From Diadema antillarum (Eukaryota), in assembly GCF_040938485.1 (NCBI RefSeq), contig NW_027271878.1:124001-188000 (forward strand): a stretch of DNA of 64,000 bases, written 5' to 3'. Of the stretch, positions 38,619 to 52,788 are shown piece by piece. A model generated the notes under the pieces. The model did no database searches. It saw only the letters and a list, made by a program, of their open reading frames with translations, and was not told the DNA's origin. Numbering within the stretch: the stretch's first letter is position 1; each line of letters starts with the position of its first letter. A program made the translations under genes and the position numbers.

Positions 38619-39344
38619 GACCCGAGAAATCGAGTAGACAGATCTCACAACTAACCTTCCCGAAACCGAAAAGGCGTGAAGACGAGATGCCATGTCTCAT
38701 AATCGCCTAGATGGCTAGCTGTGATTCCTTGTATCCTCAATTTCTCGGACCAAAGATGCTGAGACAGCGAAATCTCACAACTAGCCCTCTCACCTTCTCG
38801 AACCCGAATCGGCCAGAAGGCGAGATCTCCATGTCGCGGATCAGAAACAACGAGAAGACTTACGCGGATCGAAAACGACGAGAAGACTTAACTACTGGAA
38901 ATGGTTAAGTAGGAGAGGAATTATCTCGTCCTTTTGGTGGCTCTAATTTGGGAAGTTTTTGGGAATGATCTCTACGTTTCCAGTTAGTTTTAGAAATCAC
39001 TCTCAACCCTCAATCCTACGTAATACATCATCAGACCTGTCTTTCACGGATCTAAGCATGCCACTAATACGACAGTCTCTCTCTTCTCTCGACCAGCCTC
39101 CTAGCAAACAACCTCGTCAGTTTACGACAAGGGACAGAAACGAGGGATGCTCATGTTCCCCCATTACAAATTTGATTGAGGCATCATTCGTGCAAATGTC
39201 CGACAGCTGCCATGAAAAACAGGCATCTTCGGATGTCACTTCCTCTCGAGGCAACCTGAGCTTGCAGCTTCATATTCCACTGGGGAAAAGGCTGTATCTC
39301 CCTCTCTTCGAAACACGTGTAGGGTAGAGATCTTAAAACTTTAA

Positions 39345-39734
39345 AAGGATGGTATAGTTTTTGTTGAGGTGGGGGTTCAAGTTTCCAACTTTTAGTATGA
39401 GATGATGAGAAACCTCCTTTGGAATATGAAAGAACATTCACTTTTAAGAATAATTTAAAGTCTATTCGATTTAAATTGATTTTGAAATGGTTGAGATGTC
39501 CATAAACAAAGAGGTCCTAATAAAAATCGCGAACCACCTTTTATTAGGACTACTTTGTTTTATTTAGTTTTTTCTTTTTTATATCTCAGCCATTACGAAA
39601 CCAGTTTTCATCAGTTAAACTTTGAATTCCTCTTAGAATTGTATTCTCTCAAATATTTCATAAGCGGTTTTTAATCATCTCACAAAAAGTTAAAATCTGA
39701 ATTCCCCATCTCCAACCAAAACTATACCATCCCT
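39345..39734. mobile_element. Kolobok-like MITE (390 bp)
   Basis: TTAA TSD (39341-44, 39735-38). TIR A(A/G)GGATGGTATAGTTTT..TTG..G.TGGGG. Central hairpin GTCCTAATAAAA/TTTTATTAGGAC. Confidence 0.85.
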
Positions 39735-42700
39735 TTAAACATTGAACATTGAAATGTTTCAACTTCTATGATTGCCGAACTTTTCCGACTGAGCTGTAAT
39801 TCATAACGATGTTTATCGGCAGGAAAAGACAAGGAACTTTGGAAAGTCATCCTGTTACTGCCAAGTAAGTATAAACAGGGAGGTGCTATTTTAGCACCTC
39901 CCTGGTATAAACATGCTATCAACACGACAACTGTCCACGGATAGTAAAAGTATGATAAATCCGGTCCCTCATAGATTTATTCCATGAATTGTGACACGGT
40001 ATACCTTTCATCGTCATCGGTATATGTTCCACCCGTCTGTTACATATGTTCCGTTTTGTTTTACAATATCGTATAGAGCACATCTCGATTGTGGTGTTAG
40101 GCCAGTTTTGACAAAAACAAAATCGATTTGAAATTGCAAGAACGTTTGCTACTTCCCTCTCGACTGTTGCGAGTGATCTACCGTTTTGTTGTACGTGGTA
40201 ATCTATGTGATATTGTAAGCTCTTGAGCTATACTACACTTATTCCGTGTTATACCTTTTCTATCACATTATTTCCTCTCAAACTCCACTTATTAAGGGAT
40301 CTCATGAATACATGGTAAATCACAAACTGCACTCATGTCACCCTGCCATGCAAGAAACAGTAAATGCGATTTGTTGTTGTTTTGTTCTTTGTTTTATTAT
40401 GGGGGGGGGGGTGACACGTAGAATGTGATGCCCTCTCACTATTTGTCGTCCTACATTTTCTCGGAAGTGAATTTCCCCTGCGCACGTGCTCCTCATCTGA
40501 TTTTACTACACCAATGTTTGTATGGATGATTCAACGAACTTAGAGCATTTTGGCGAAGAATACGTTTTGGACATGCATTCATGAAAAAAAACAACAACAA
40601 ACAAACCCAAGCAGGCTTCTCTCAGAATGCACTTCCGTTACCATAGACCGGATCGTGCATTTAACTCCTTTGCAAACAACAACGCCCTTTCCCTCTCTCT
40701 TGCTCACTTTCATCATACGCCCCCTGCCCCTCTTTCGCTTATCCACGATAGGTTAAACAAAATAAGACTGGAGTACTCAATTCTAATTTCGTCCGTCAAC
40801 TTGGGGTAGTGATTGGAGGAGATAGGGGAAGAAAGAGGATCGTACTGACTTCCGAGAGGTAAAGTGAAAAATTTCCTATTTCTGGCAGTCAGCGTTGCCC
40901 TCAGGCTAATGTGTGCCGTATTAAGCATTTTGAAGCCCCGTCCCGAAATAGGTTTCGAAACGAATATTTATGTCGGGATCGATTTAACTTGTTGACCAAG
41001 GCTACTTGTTGTGAATGTCTGCATCAGCGCGGCACCAGATGGAGTCTTAAAACCAAACAGCGAAAGATCATTCGCGGAGTAGGCACATCCTTTGAACATT
41101 TACTGTAATATTTACCGTGCCTCTGAAAATGAGTACTTAACAAACGGAGTATCGACATTTGTCTCCTTTATTTCCCAACTTGATGGAATATTAAAGTTAA
41201 ACAAACAATATTGATACGATCAAAATGCATGCATGTATGGTATCATCAAATAAAAAAAACAACACCCAAGATTGTCTGACGAGGCCATCAGGATGCAACT
41301 GCATTCAATCATCTAATAATAGAAAATAGTTTTCTTCCTGATAGGTCTACCTGGATGGCATACCATCAAACACTTTGTATTGCTGTCTTTATAACTACAC
41401 GGTAACAATGGTCGTGGGACATTTTTATGCAGGCAGTACATATGAAAAGAACCATTCTACTTTTGACTTGAAAATGAGTTTTTTTTTTCTGATAAAGGAG
41501 ACAACATAAGACGTAGAAAAGAATAGACAAGCGCAAGCGTGTATCTTTTAATGTGCTTTCATTTAACGACGAAAACATGTTGCACGCACGCACACACACA
41601 TTCAACCCCCCCCCCCAAAAAAAGAACACGGCTGATGATGAAAACGGCTGGATTAATAATAAGATAATGGCATTATGATGATGTAACTATACCATTACTG
41701 AAAAAATGGTGATATAACGATTATGATATCTAGAACCTCAATTAGACGATAAATGTTTGGCAATCCAGGCTTTTGTCTAAACGGATGCCATGAATACACA
41801 GAAAGATGACTGTCTATTGAGATTAAGATAATTAAGTAGAGAGATGGGAAGAGAGAGAGAGAGAGAGAGAGAAAGAAAGAGATGGACTGCGAAGAGGTGG
41901 AATGAAATAAGCTATTTGCGACAGCATTGTGAAAAATATTATACCTTTTCTTTTTACAAAATCTCTGTTCCGTCAGTGTTTCGCCGTGGAAGAGGGTGAA
42001 GCACATCCACTAACGAACTATCAGGAGCGTTCCGACAAATAAAGTTTCTATTATCAGTACGTAAAAGTATATTGATATTGGGCAAGTGCGTCCAAGCGTA
42101 CAGGCAATGTGGAGGATAAGGAAATGAAGACGGGGGCAGATCATCAAATCAAACCGATTCTGGATGAACACTCTTAAAAAGCCGCTCACTCTTTGTTCCT
42201 CTACTCTGAGGGTGAATTGAGCATCGGAGCTCGAGGATGCATCCCCTTCCTTCAATCTTTCACGAAAAACAAACAACATCCATCAGCCAAGGTCACGGGA
42301 TCTTCAGCGCTGCTTTGCAGAACTGGGACGGTTCGTCACTCGCATCTCAAGAATTAAGAGTGCGCAAGCAGGAATTGGATATCGTCAAAAGTAATAAGAG
42401 ATGATAATCGACATATTTCAGGACTGATTTGCGAGAAGCAAAGTCGTATGAATACGGCCTGATCAATGCTCAACATTAAATCAATCCTGCATGTCTGAGT
42501 ACTTTACTTTTACTCTGTTAAAAGCCTTCAATCTAAAAAGGGAAGGGGGAGGGGCTACTTTGGAAATAGTGCAAGTCCTTCTGAGCAGGCAGAGAAAGAA
42601 AATTAAGAAAGGATGGAGGGGGGGGGGGGGGGGTGAGAGAGAGAGTACTTCCATGTTCATTCAAACATTCTGGCGGGCAATCCAGAGAGATGGAAAGCCA

Positions 42701-43420
42701 GCAAAGAGCCGATGGCTTATCCTGAAGAAATCGGTAGTATAAACCAATTTAATGGAAATAAATAAGATCTTACTCGGCATTCAAATTTCATTACCACTCC
42801 CAAAGTTCGGACTGTAGAGAACTTTGGGGAGCAAGATAGAGAGTTTGTGGGGAAGAAAGAGTGAGTATTAGAAAGAGAGAGATGGAGAGGAAGTGATAGA
42901 GAGAAAGGGAGGGGGATTTAAAGAGAAATAGGGGGAAGGAGATGATTAGGAAGATGCAAAAAGAGGGAAGGGGTGAAAGAGAGAACTTGAATGCATTGAA
43001 ATAAACGTAAGAATTTTGGCCATTTCAGCCACTACTGCATGATTCTTTTTTTCTGCACATCATGGCGCCTACTTTTGAAGTTTTACTGATTCTACTTTTA
43101 GAGCCACTATTTCATTGAAGGAATAACAAAGGGAGTGGGAATAAGGTATAGGTTTATAGAGGTATACAGGAAGCACCTTCAATGTGGGTTAATAACTCAA
43201 CAGGAACGTATATCTCAATGACATTAGCTACGTGGAATAGGAAAATCTTCCCGTTTGTGAGGGATGATATTGTTTTAAGTTATGTTATTTACCTTGCAGA
43301 TTATGTTAGAGAAACTCCTTAACTACAAAAGGTTGGCAGCCCCAATGCTGTGTTCACCATCAAAATTCCATCATAATAACATTTTAAGTCCGTCTTCTTC
43401 CATAGCAACCATCAAAGGGT

Positions 43421-43951
43421 CACTGTAAAAACATCGGTGTTAGATTTAACACCACGGGTGTTAAATCTAACACCGGTCAAACTTCAATAAAGGACCACAC
43501 CCACAGGTGTTGAAAATGCACTGTGATGGTGTTGAAAAGTGTTCACCTGACACTTCGTGGTGTTAATTTGACACTGTACCTGGTGTTATTTTTACACTGT
43601 ACTGGTGTTAATTAAAAAATGACACCACATGGTGTTGATTTGATATTTGTTGGTGTTAATATCAATGGTTTAACACCCGTCCGGCTTCAATAAGAGACCA
43701 CACCAGCTGGTGTTACTTTGGTGTAAATTTATTTTCACATTTTTTCAAAAATCTAGTATTTTAATGTAAAATTCTTGATCGTCTTGTTTAAATTAAAAAT
43801 CAACAAGAAGTGCAGTTACTAAGAAACTCTTCAAAAAACAGTTTACAATTTGGAAATGACACCAGGAGGTGTTAATTTAACACCATAAATGAGCACCGAA
43901 AATTTAACACCAGCTCGGTGTTCACTATTTAACACCGGACTTTTTGCAGTG
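43421..43951. mobile_element. CACTG-ended non-autonomous element, EnSpm/CACTA-like (531 bp)
   Basis: Termini CACTGTAAAAA ... TTTTTGCAGTG. About a dozen subterminal TAACACC/GGTGTTA motifs in both orientations. TSD not clearly preserved. Confidence 0.75.
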
Positions 43952-45260
43952 TAACGTTAATCTGTTGAAGGATGTGGTGAGATTTAGATTGTCTGCAGTT
44001 ATCACCATTTTCATCATTATATTTTGCAAATCATTACCAGCATGTTCTGCACTGATGATGCCCATCAGTACATTTTGCACATCATTATCTCTGCAAATAC
44101 AATTTCATATCTATCTAATACACATACGCGCTACGCCCCATGTTTTACAATGTTTTCTAACAGTTACTCGAATGGCAGCTTAGGGAAGGGCACTTTTGGT
44201 ATGGTGGCCGTGAGGCGCTCAGCAGAAATAGGACATTGGAAGACGATTTCCTTGGCAGGAACGGGTGTTCCCCGATTGAATTTCATTCATAAAATGAATG
44301 GGAGATGTGCCCTACGGGCAACGGAAAGAGGTAAAAAGGAAAACCTAACTAAAATATCGACGTCGAGAATGCCAAATGCTTTTTAAACCGGTCACGCTGT
44401 CAGGTAAGCCTGATGCTTTATTCATGAGTTCTGATTTTTTGAGTGCACAGCTATGAAACGGAACTTTCCTTTTTAAAGAAAGGATGCTAGTGATGTCTTC
44501 CGACTGTTCCTAATTTCGTCCTTAAGTCTTCAACAATCTTGAGGGGGTGGAGAGATGAGAGACACTCCTGCTTTGCTACCATTCTCATTGGATCCATGTA
44601 ATACAATCTGTTCTTGCCTTTTATCGATGTTGCGCTCACTGCTTCCAATTTTGATTTGATATTCTACTTCGTAGGGTAAATAAAGAAATCATAATTCTGT
44701 AGTACTATGTTTGTGAACCAGAGGCATGTTAATTGTTGAGATAAGGATGTTTCTGTATCATGTTCATTTCTCCTCTTTCTCGTTTTGATAAATGGATTTA
44801 AATCAAATGAGAAGGAAAAAAAAAAGATCTCAGCGTACTTTTTGCTATCGAAGTTAAATCATCAGACAACGGAAATGTCAAATCCTACTTAAGTGGATAC
44901 ACCGTCTATACCGCGATGAGAAAAAAAAAATCACTTAAAGTTCGCAGTTATGTCGCTTGATATGCTGCGTTCAGTGAACCTGTTAATCTGCACGTGTCTG
45001 CTATAAAGTAGGTGATTTTTCGCAATGACTGTTCAATCAAGGAAAGTGTTTTTATTTCCTAAAGGGAAACACAATCGATTTGAGCAACTCGTCATCTTTC
45101 TTCTGTTTCTTTGTTGTGCAAAACAAACAAAAATTAATCTATTTTCTCCATCTGTCACACTGACAAAGATTGAAGCCTTCTCACCAGAACTGAAGCAAAA
45201 ACAAATACAATGTTTTAAAAGTAAATTGTTAAAGTAGAATGCAATTAAGGTAAAGCATAT

Positions 45261-45930
45261 ATGACCCACCACGACAAAACGACCAATGAGTTGGAATTTT
45301 TGTTTTATTTTTTAGATTCCAACACAATCCAAAAGCTGAGATTCTAAGCTTTAAAATGATAAAATATTATATGACACAACTTGTATGGACAAAGCAAACC
45401 TCTTGAAAATACAATGAGAAAGTGGGGATGTCAGACTGGGTAATTACCAGAATAGTGGAGAAAACGGGCTCTAAAGAACTGACCATTCAGAAGCACAAAA
45501 CCGTGTCCTGTTGTCTGGGGGACAAAAGATTGGATCAAATCTCCCTAGCAACCACTAGGAAGGACTAATCGGATTAGACTTGGTACAGCTTTTAAAAAGA
45601 CATACTCCTCAAATGATCTAAAATCTCAAGACCTAATATTGTATACTTTTTGAGTTACGCTTGGTTGTTTCAAAGCTTCAATGTGATCAAATCAAGCCTT
45701 TTTCGAATGGTTCACTTTGAGCTGAAGTATGAGCTGGAGTGTATCAATGACAAGAACTATTTTGAATATTTCTAGTAAACATTAAACCTTAAAATTTTGT
45801 CAGGTGGTAGATCGATAAATGGACTTTCAGAAAATACCTACAACCAAAATTGGACTTTTCCACCCAAACCCGGCTATTTCATGAAAAGTCACCATTGCGA
45901 CTTATTGGTCGTTTCGTGGTGGTGGGTCAC
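45261..45930. mobile_element. Non-autonomous TIR element with ATAT flanks (670 bp), superfamily uncertain
   Basis: Left ATAT|ATGACCCACCACGACAAAACGACCAATGAGT versus reverse complement of right end ATAT|GTGACCCACCACCACGAAACGACCAATAAGT. Confidence 0.75.
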
Positions 45931-46937
45931 ATATCTTAAGATTTGGTTTCATGTCCATACATTTCATTTTCAATACCTTTGTCAGAATGTCGTTAAGCAA
46001 GGTTATCCATAGTGGTGCCTCCGATCCAATATAACGCAAACATGAATCACAAAGTGACAACTTTATTTTTTCTATCAAAGTTTTTATGACAACACATATG
46101 GAAGCTGGTCATATTATGTATGGGGACTGAAGAATCGTCGTATTTCGCCCTTAAATTGTGAAGAAATTACGGGCAGACAAGACGATACAACATGTCTTTA
46201 ACACCATCCTTCAAACCTCTCCTAGAATGGGAGTGACAACTTGACGTTCATGTTATCTGGATGAAAAGGGAAAAAAATCTCCCAAGAGATTGTCATGTCC
46301 TCCACAGACAAACAGTTCGCCCACGCACACCCATCGCATTGCTCTGTAAGTAATCGCGACAGTAGAAGCACTTTGTATGAAATAACAATGCGAGAAATTG
46401 GCCTGCCTTGTAAGATTCTACCTCGAGATTGTGTCGGTATTGCTTGGTTAAAGAAATAACGAAAGAGATAAGCTATTCTTGGTGACAAGGCTATATTTGC
46501 GTGACGCTTTTCGGTTAATTTATGTTCTTGCTCTAAGATATTTCTGGGATGATTGTGAAATGTTAGAAATATCGTCTGTAAATTAAAATATCTTTATAGA
46601 TATTTGTAACATCTATTATTTCATTGATAAATTTTATAGTCTCCCTTCTACATGCACTTACCATCTCTTAAAAAGCACCTTACAGAAATTAGTGTGACGT
46701 ACCACAGTGAACGCCCTTACGTCAAAGAAAACTATTGTATCATTCTGGAAGTGTTTGCAATACAGAATCCTTACTTTATTTCATCCACATTTTAATTGCT
46801 AATACATTTCATGATAATATTCTAGATATTTCAAGACCAGCCCTCAGCTTATACTTGTGAAAAAGAACAGTAAGCATGCGATAAACACCACAAGTATATC
46901 TTACACAAAATCCGCCTTTGTCTTTGAAGAAATGTTC

Positions 46938-46980
46938 ATTTCGTTTCGTTTCGTTTCGTCTCGTTTCGTTTATTTCGTCT
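46938..46980 (-). repeat. (TTTCG)n repeat, possibly a retroposon tail
   Basis: Minus strand reads GAAATAAACGAAACGAGACGAAACGAAACGAAACGAAA. Confidence 0.6.
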
Positions 46981-48591
46981 CTAATGTAATTGCAATGAGA
47001 CGTTTGAATACACTTAAAGACACAATATTTGTACAAGAAAAAGATACTATGATCTGACATACAATATTTTAGTATTGTAACTTTTATGACAAACAGCGAA
47101 TCAAAGTTGTTGGAAACTTCAAGGGTCAGTTCGTTTTTTTCTTCCGGACGATAGCTACTGTAGAAAATGAATAAGTTTTTGAATAAATCCTTTTAGATCC
47201 TATTCCAGGTGACCTTTCTGACGTCATCAGAGTTTCGCTGTACTCTCCGATTTTTGCTTTCGCAGACAGTTTATCAGAGGCAATTTCCAACCTCTTTGTG
47301 AATAATTGATACTCTCAACCAATATCTTCAACTCGAGCTACTTACCTGCGACCTCATTCGGCAGAGGGTTTACTGAACGAAGGGTAAGTGCCATTCCTCG
47401 TTTGAGTCCTCCCCGTTGACAAATTGGCGCTTGACGGAGATACCCAACGTTGCAGTGATCCCACTAATTAATTATGTAAGAAAACCAGTCTATCAATTCA
47501 TCGGGGGAAAGGTCCCCGTTCCAGGTCTTCTTTTCATTCCGATCACATCCGACTACTAGTAGTCTGCGGGTCAGAGCTCATGGACTCTATACCCGCCACA
47601 CGGTATATAATGACCACCAACTCTAAGCTCCCACGGCATCTCATCTGTTATCTTAGGTAGATGGGAAATTACCACTTCTCGGTCATGCAAATGTTATGAC
47701 ATCTCCATTGTAGGAAGGTCTGGATTTGGTCAAGGTTGATTGTACCCGGTACAAATTTTAGAAAGTATCTATTTAATGCAAAGGAAATAGCGATGAAAGT
47801 GTTGTTTTTTGTTTGAGTAACAAGGCTTATATTTTAGACAAAAACAACCTGAAAAAAAATCTCAGTAGCTCCGAATAAGGGGGGTATAATCAAGTACGTA
47901 TCATCGTCCTACGATCGTTAATCGCAAATGACGGCAGTAAATGTTAATCTGCTAATATATTGTAGGCCGACATGAACTCTCTTAATCAGATTGACCTGCG
48001 AACAATTAGTGCAAGTCGGTGACAATTAATTATAATGTCGGGTCGTGACGCCGGGCCTGTACCATACCGAATGGTCTAGATATTTAGTTTGTACGAGCAG
48101 ACTTTTTGTTATTTTCCTGTTATTTTTCATTTCAAACTTGGTGTTATCAAGTCGACAATGATCAAGTATAGACTTTAACCACGTCCAGTCACATTTCAGA
48201 CACCGACACAGTACCTCCTCGATTTGTTGAATGCCGATTGTGGGACTTACTCCGTATGTTCAGACTTTTTCAGTGAGCTCGACACGGAGCCAGCGTTGCT
48301 ATTATTGTTGGTGTTGGTGTTGTTGTTGTTGTTTGTAATTGTGATTGTTGGTGATTTTTTCTTTCCTTTTTTTCCTTAGTATTATCATTATCATAATTAT
48401 TATCACAATTTATTATCATTATCATCATCATTATTCGTCTTTCTCATGCCATTTCATTACACGTTGTGCTCATGCGAGAGCTGTATAAGTAATACGAAAA
48501 TACTGATCCTACACTGATCATAATATTTATTTTCTAAGAATGTCTACTTGTCACAAAGAGGTGAATTTTGGCATGATTGGATAGAGACCAG

Positions 48592-48737
48592 GGGCCTGCT
48601 TCATAGAACTTGTTATCAGTGACAACTGCCACATTTCTATGACAAATTTGCTCACAGCCAATCAGATGCAAGGATTTCAGTAGCTTGTCACATCTATGAC
48701 AACTTGTCATTGATAACAAGTTTTATGAAACGGGCCC
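48592..48737. mobile_element. PIF/Harbinger-like MITE with CAG TSD (146 bp)
   Basis: CAG|GGGCCTGCTTCATAGAACTTGTTATCAGTGACAA ... TTGTCATTGATAACAAGTTTTATGAAACGGGCCC|CAG. Central CAGCCAATCAGA. Confidence 0.85.
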
Positions 48738-48821
48738 CAGTATTCTTAAATACAAAGGTTAATATCGTATTGGGACGCGTGGCCATTTGTCGTTTAGCCT
48801 ACCGTCTCTTTACAAAATAAA

Positions 48822-48933
48822 AGGGGGGCGTACGCCGCCCACCCCCACTTTTTTTTTTGTTTAAACCAAAAAAGGGAAAAAAAAAATGAAGAGGGGGCGC
48901 GCGCCCGATGCGCCCCCTCTGGATCCGCCACTG
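48822..48933. mobile_element. Orphan right end of a hAT-like MITE
   Basis: Ends GGGGGCGCGCGCCCGATGCGCCCCCTCTGGATCCGCCACTG (reverse complement CAGTGGCGGATCCAG, a typical hAT-type TIR start). No matching left TIR nearby. Confidence 0.55.
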
Positions 48934-51900
48934 CGTCTAGAGTATAACGGGTCCCCAAGAGCGTAGATCAGTCTGAAGCGCTTCCGACGACTTTTCCATT
49001 GACCCAGTTGCCTTAATTTTGCGTCGAGTGAAGCGCTCATGCAGTTGAAAAAGAAGAATAAAAGAAAAGGAGAGAAAAAAGAAAGTAAGAAGAACCTGAA
49101 CCCACTAGAGGACAAATTGACTTGTTGATAGCTGCTGACCTGTTGGGCTTTTTGTCTGCCCTCCCGCACATTTTAGTTTGATGGGATCTGATATGACGAT
49201 TAAGTGTCCTATCAATCCAACGCGAATGCCTCTTTGGACAGAGATTCGTTTGCACGCTTCATTCTTCAGTGGAAAATCAAACTGACCTGATTGCATTCCA
49301 TCTTAATTTCAGGTTATATTCCATGAAACAAACACCGTTCTGGATATAGATTTTCCGTCACGGCCGTCTAGGAATAGGCGTTCCGATTCTATACGTCAAG
49401 ACGCAGTCGACAGAGATTTCACGAGATTAAAATCACCATTTTTTGCTTGAACTGTTCAAGACGTCCTCATGTCATTTTGACATCGATCTGTAAACATTCT
49501 AAGCAGAATTCCACTGCCCATTTCTCATGCGCTGTATGGAATGATGATCATAACCCTAACGATAAAACGGCGTGTTTCTGTGACTCTCGTATCCTTATAT
49601 TCACGACTTTAATAAGTGGACCTTAAGTATCGTGCAGACCCGTCTCGTGGTGAAGTTTGTATGCGTTGGAACTGTCAAATTGCTGTGGGATGGACATTTT
49701 GTGTGTTCCTAGCTCATCAACAGAAACAACAAAAATGAATAAAAAAAAATAAAAAAATAATAAAGTTGGCATAAAATATGTGGCTGACGATAGGTAATTG
49801 GACCGTGAATTGGTTAGCTTTCGTTATGAAAAAGAAAATGCAATCTCTACATCAATTATGATGTAGACCTGCAAGAGGCAGTGTTCTTCAGATTGGAGAC
49901 CTGTAGGAAATTACACTGTCTTTATTTCAGAATTTGAAGTAGCTGTCCATCAATGGCTGTCTACGCCGGATGGGATTGTAGACAAAGAGTTGGTCTCAAA
50001 GGTCTATTGGTCGGTGAGTGAGGGGGGGGGGGGGGGGTGACGAGAGAGAGAGAGAGAGGGGGGGGGGGGAGATGGAAAAGGAGACTACCTGCGAATACTG
50101 TTTCTATTACATACTTGAATTCATTTCAGCCTCGAAAAATCAGAATTTACTCGCGATGGGTCCGGCAAACAAAAATAAATAACTGAATAAAAAGTGGCTT
50201 AATGTGCAAGAGCAGAGATATTTTGTAATAGACATTACTGCTATCGTGTCCCTCTCAATTTCATCCTGAATCCATTACTATCATACTTGGTTTGCGATGT
50301 GGCGATCGAGCAAGCAAAGCGGTTCCCTGAGAATTCAGAAACGAGCGGAATCAAACAAAATGTGATGTTCTACGTAGTAAAGTGTGCTACCTAAATCATG
50401 CGCTTGTCATGAAATGTCTCCTAATCGGATTTGACTGTCTGCTCTCTTTTCCTCGTTGATATAAGTGCATTGTCCTGTTTCACTTTAGCATCATATAACG
50501 CTCATTACAAAAAAAGGAAGCAAAACGAACACAACCATGCAACCACCCCCATACAAACACTCGTATGCACTGACATGCCTATAGGCCAACGACCTGTGCT
50601 AAGTACTTCTTCTTTTTGATTATTCTTCTTCTTTTTCTTCTCTTTCTTCTTTTTCTTCTTTTTCTTCTTCTTGGTAAAGTGCATTATTGTTTAAAGATTA
50701 TTATACTGCCGAGTGACGCTTCTAAAATCATTTTAAAAACGCCTGCTGCGCGAATTACCTGTGCAGGTGCAATTTACCCTCAAAATATCGCTCCCTAAAA
50801 TAAGATTATTTTGCCGCGTACAAGGAGATACTTTCGTTCATCAGATACGGTATATTCAACTTTAACATCCCACCTAAAAGTCGACATACTTTAAAGCCGA
50901 CGAGAGTGCCTTCCGATAAAACGGATAATAAATGAGAGAACTCGATGTTTTTTATGTTTATCAGACCTAACACGTCTAGTATATCTCCTAATAGTGCCTT
51001 GTGTTTCTTATCCTGTTCACTTTCGTAGTTCCTTTCCTTGGGAGGACATTGGTCTAATGACACCCAGGAGAGCAATTAGAGCTCAGAATATTGCCGCCTG
51101 TGATTTCGGTCCAGCCTGTTATAGCTAATCAGCTATTTTTTATGATTTCTAAGAGATGCGATGGGACGGTTTGTCATAATTACGCCTGCCTTGTAAGGAA
51201 ATAAAATTTTCAATCACTGAAGAACCATATTTCAGCTGATTTTCTTTTCTTTTTTTTTTCCAATTTGGCGTATTGGTATTTGTTGGGAAAAGAGAATTCG
51301 AAATTTTACCAAGTAAGACGACACTGCTATTATCGCTCCTAGACAAAGTTACATGAGTCACTGTGAGCTCCTCGTAACCCCCGTTAAGGTCTACAATAAG
51401 TTTTAATTCGCACTTTTAATGGGAGCTTGATATGAAATGAATATAACGATACAGTCGTCAATCTGCTTCGCTCTATAGCTTCCTCCAACGCAAGCCAACT
51501 ATCGACCACACCTGAACAGACTTAATTATATTCCTCTCTTTATAAACAAAATTACATGGAAAAGAAATAGGGTATGCACGACAACAACTCATTGCCTTTT
51601 AACTACACGTTTTCTATTTCATCTGTGCTTTTTTATTCGACTGTAAACAACCAATATGATTATAGGTCGATATAGATAGAGGAAAGAAGATACATTTGGG
51701 CTAAACTCATGAATGATGATCAGCGTAATGGTGATATCATAACTCAAATTGTCGTCATTTCCTTTATTTTCTTCAGTTCAATTTTTTTCCAACTTTCATC
51801 AGGAATTCTTGCGCTGTGTGAATTGCTTAGATACTAATGTAATGCAAGATAACATAAAATCGAAAGGAAAAGCCGAACCCTTGCCTGAATAGATATTACT

Positions 51901-52788
51901 TCACAAAAAAGCAGTCACATAAAGACGACCGAAGAGCTATGCCCGCAACAACGGCATGTCCGTAGATACGGCTCTCATTAATATTCCTAATCTATTCCAG
52001 ATATGAGACGATCAAAATGAACGTTCACATTTGATATACTCATTATTTCATCCCTCACTTCTATAGAGCATAACTTGCGTCCAAAACGTGATGAAAATGA
52101 TGTCGTGATAAATCGAAAAGAAAAGACATGATCAAATCGAGATGTTTTTTTTTTTCGTAAGGAAAGCTATCACTGAAACATAATAGTCGTGGTGCCACTA
52201 TATCAAATGTTTATCTATGACTGCTTGCTATTGATATAATCATACTTGTATCATTGCTGTGTTCATCTATGTAGTCATTGTCGTCATTCTTGTTATCATT
52301 GTCATAAGCATTATTATTGTCATTGCTAGTCAAACGGAATCACGATATCCCGAACAGAAAATCTAATCTTGATGCACCACCGCAGCTATGTATAATCAAG
52401 GTATGAAAAAATACAATTTGGCTGACCAGAAATTGCACAAGACACCGTGAGGTAAGTTCGATGCGACTTCTTTAAGAAATATATTCTCAGTTTACTAACA
52501 TGATCTGGAACTGCCAGGTTCGGAGACACCTGATAACGTCGTTCTAAATATTTTTTTTTTTGGTCTTATTTTGTTGTCACTTTTTTTAGTCAAATTCTTA
52601 GCCTTCTAGTGACGTATCCTATAGATTTTTATCATTTATTATATCCAACGTAATTTCTAAAATCTTACCATTATACTAAAGATGAACCAACATTTAACAA
52701 GCGTTTTCAATAACATCAGCTTAGAAGTTTACGTATTTATGCAATCACTGGTAATCGTGTTGAAGATTCAGGTGCACGTCTCGAACTC

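Noticed and set aside
7405-47226. Four full CRE palindromes TGACGTCA (7405, 17432, 22907, 47219)
   Set aside because: They are scattered 8-mers, only modestly above the roughly one expected by chance, with no clustering or promoter context.
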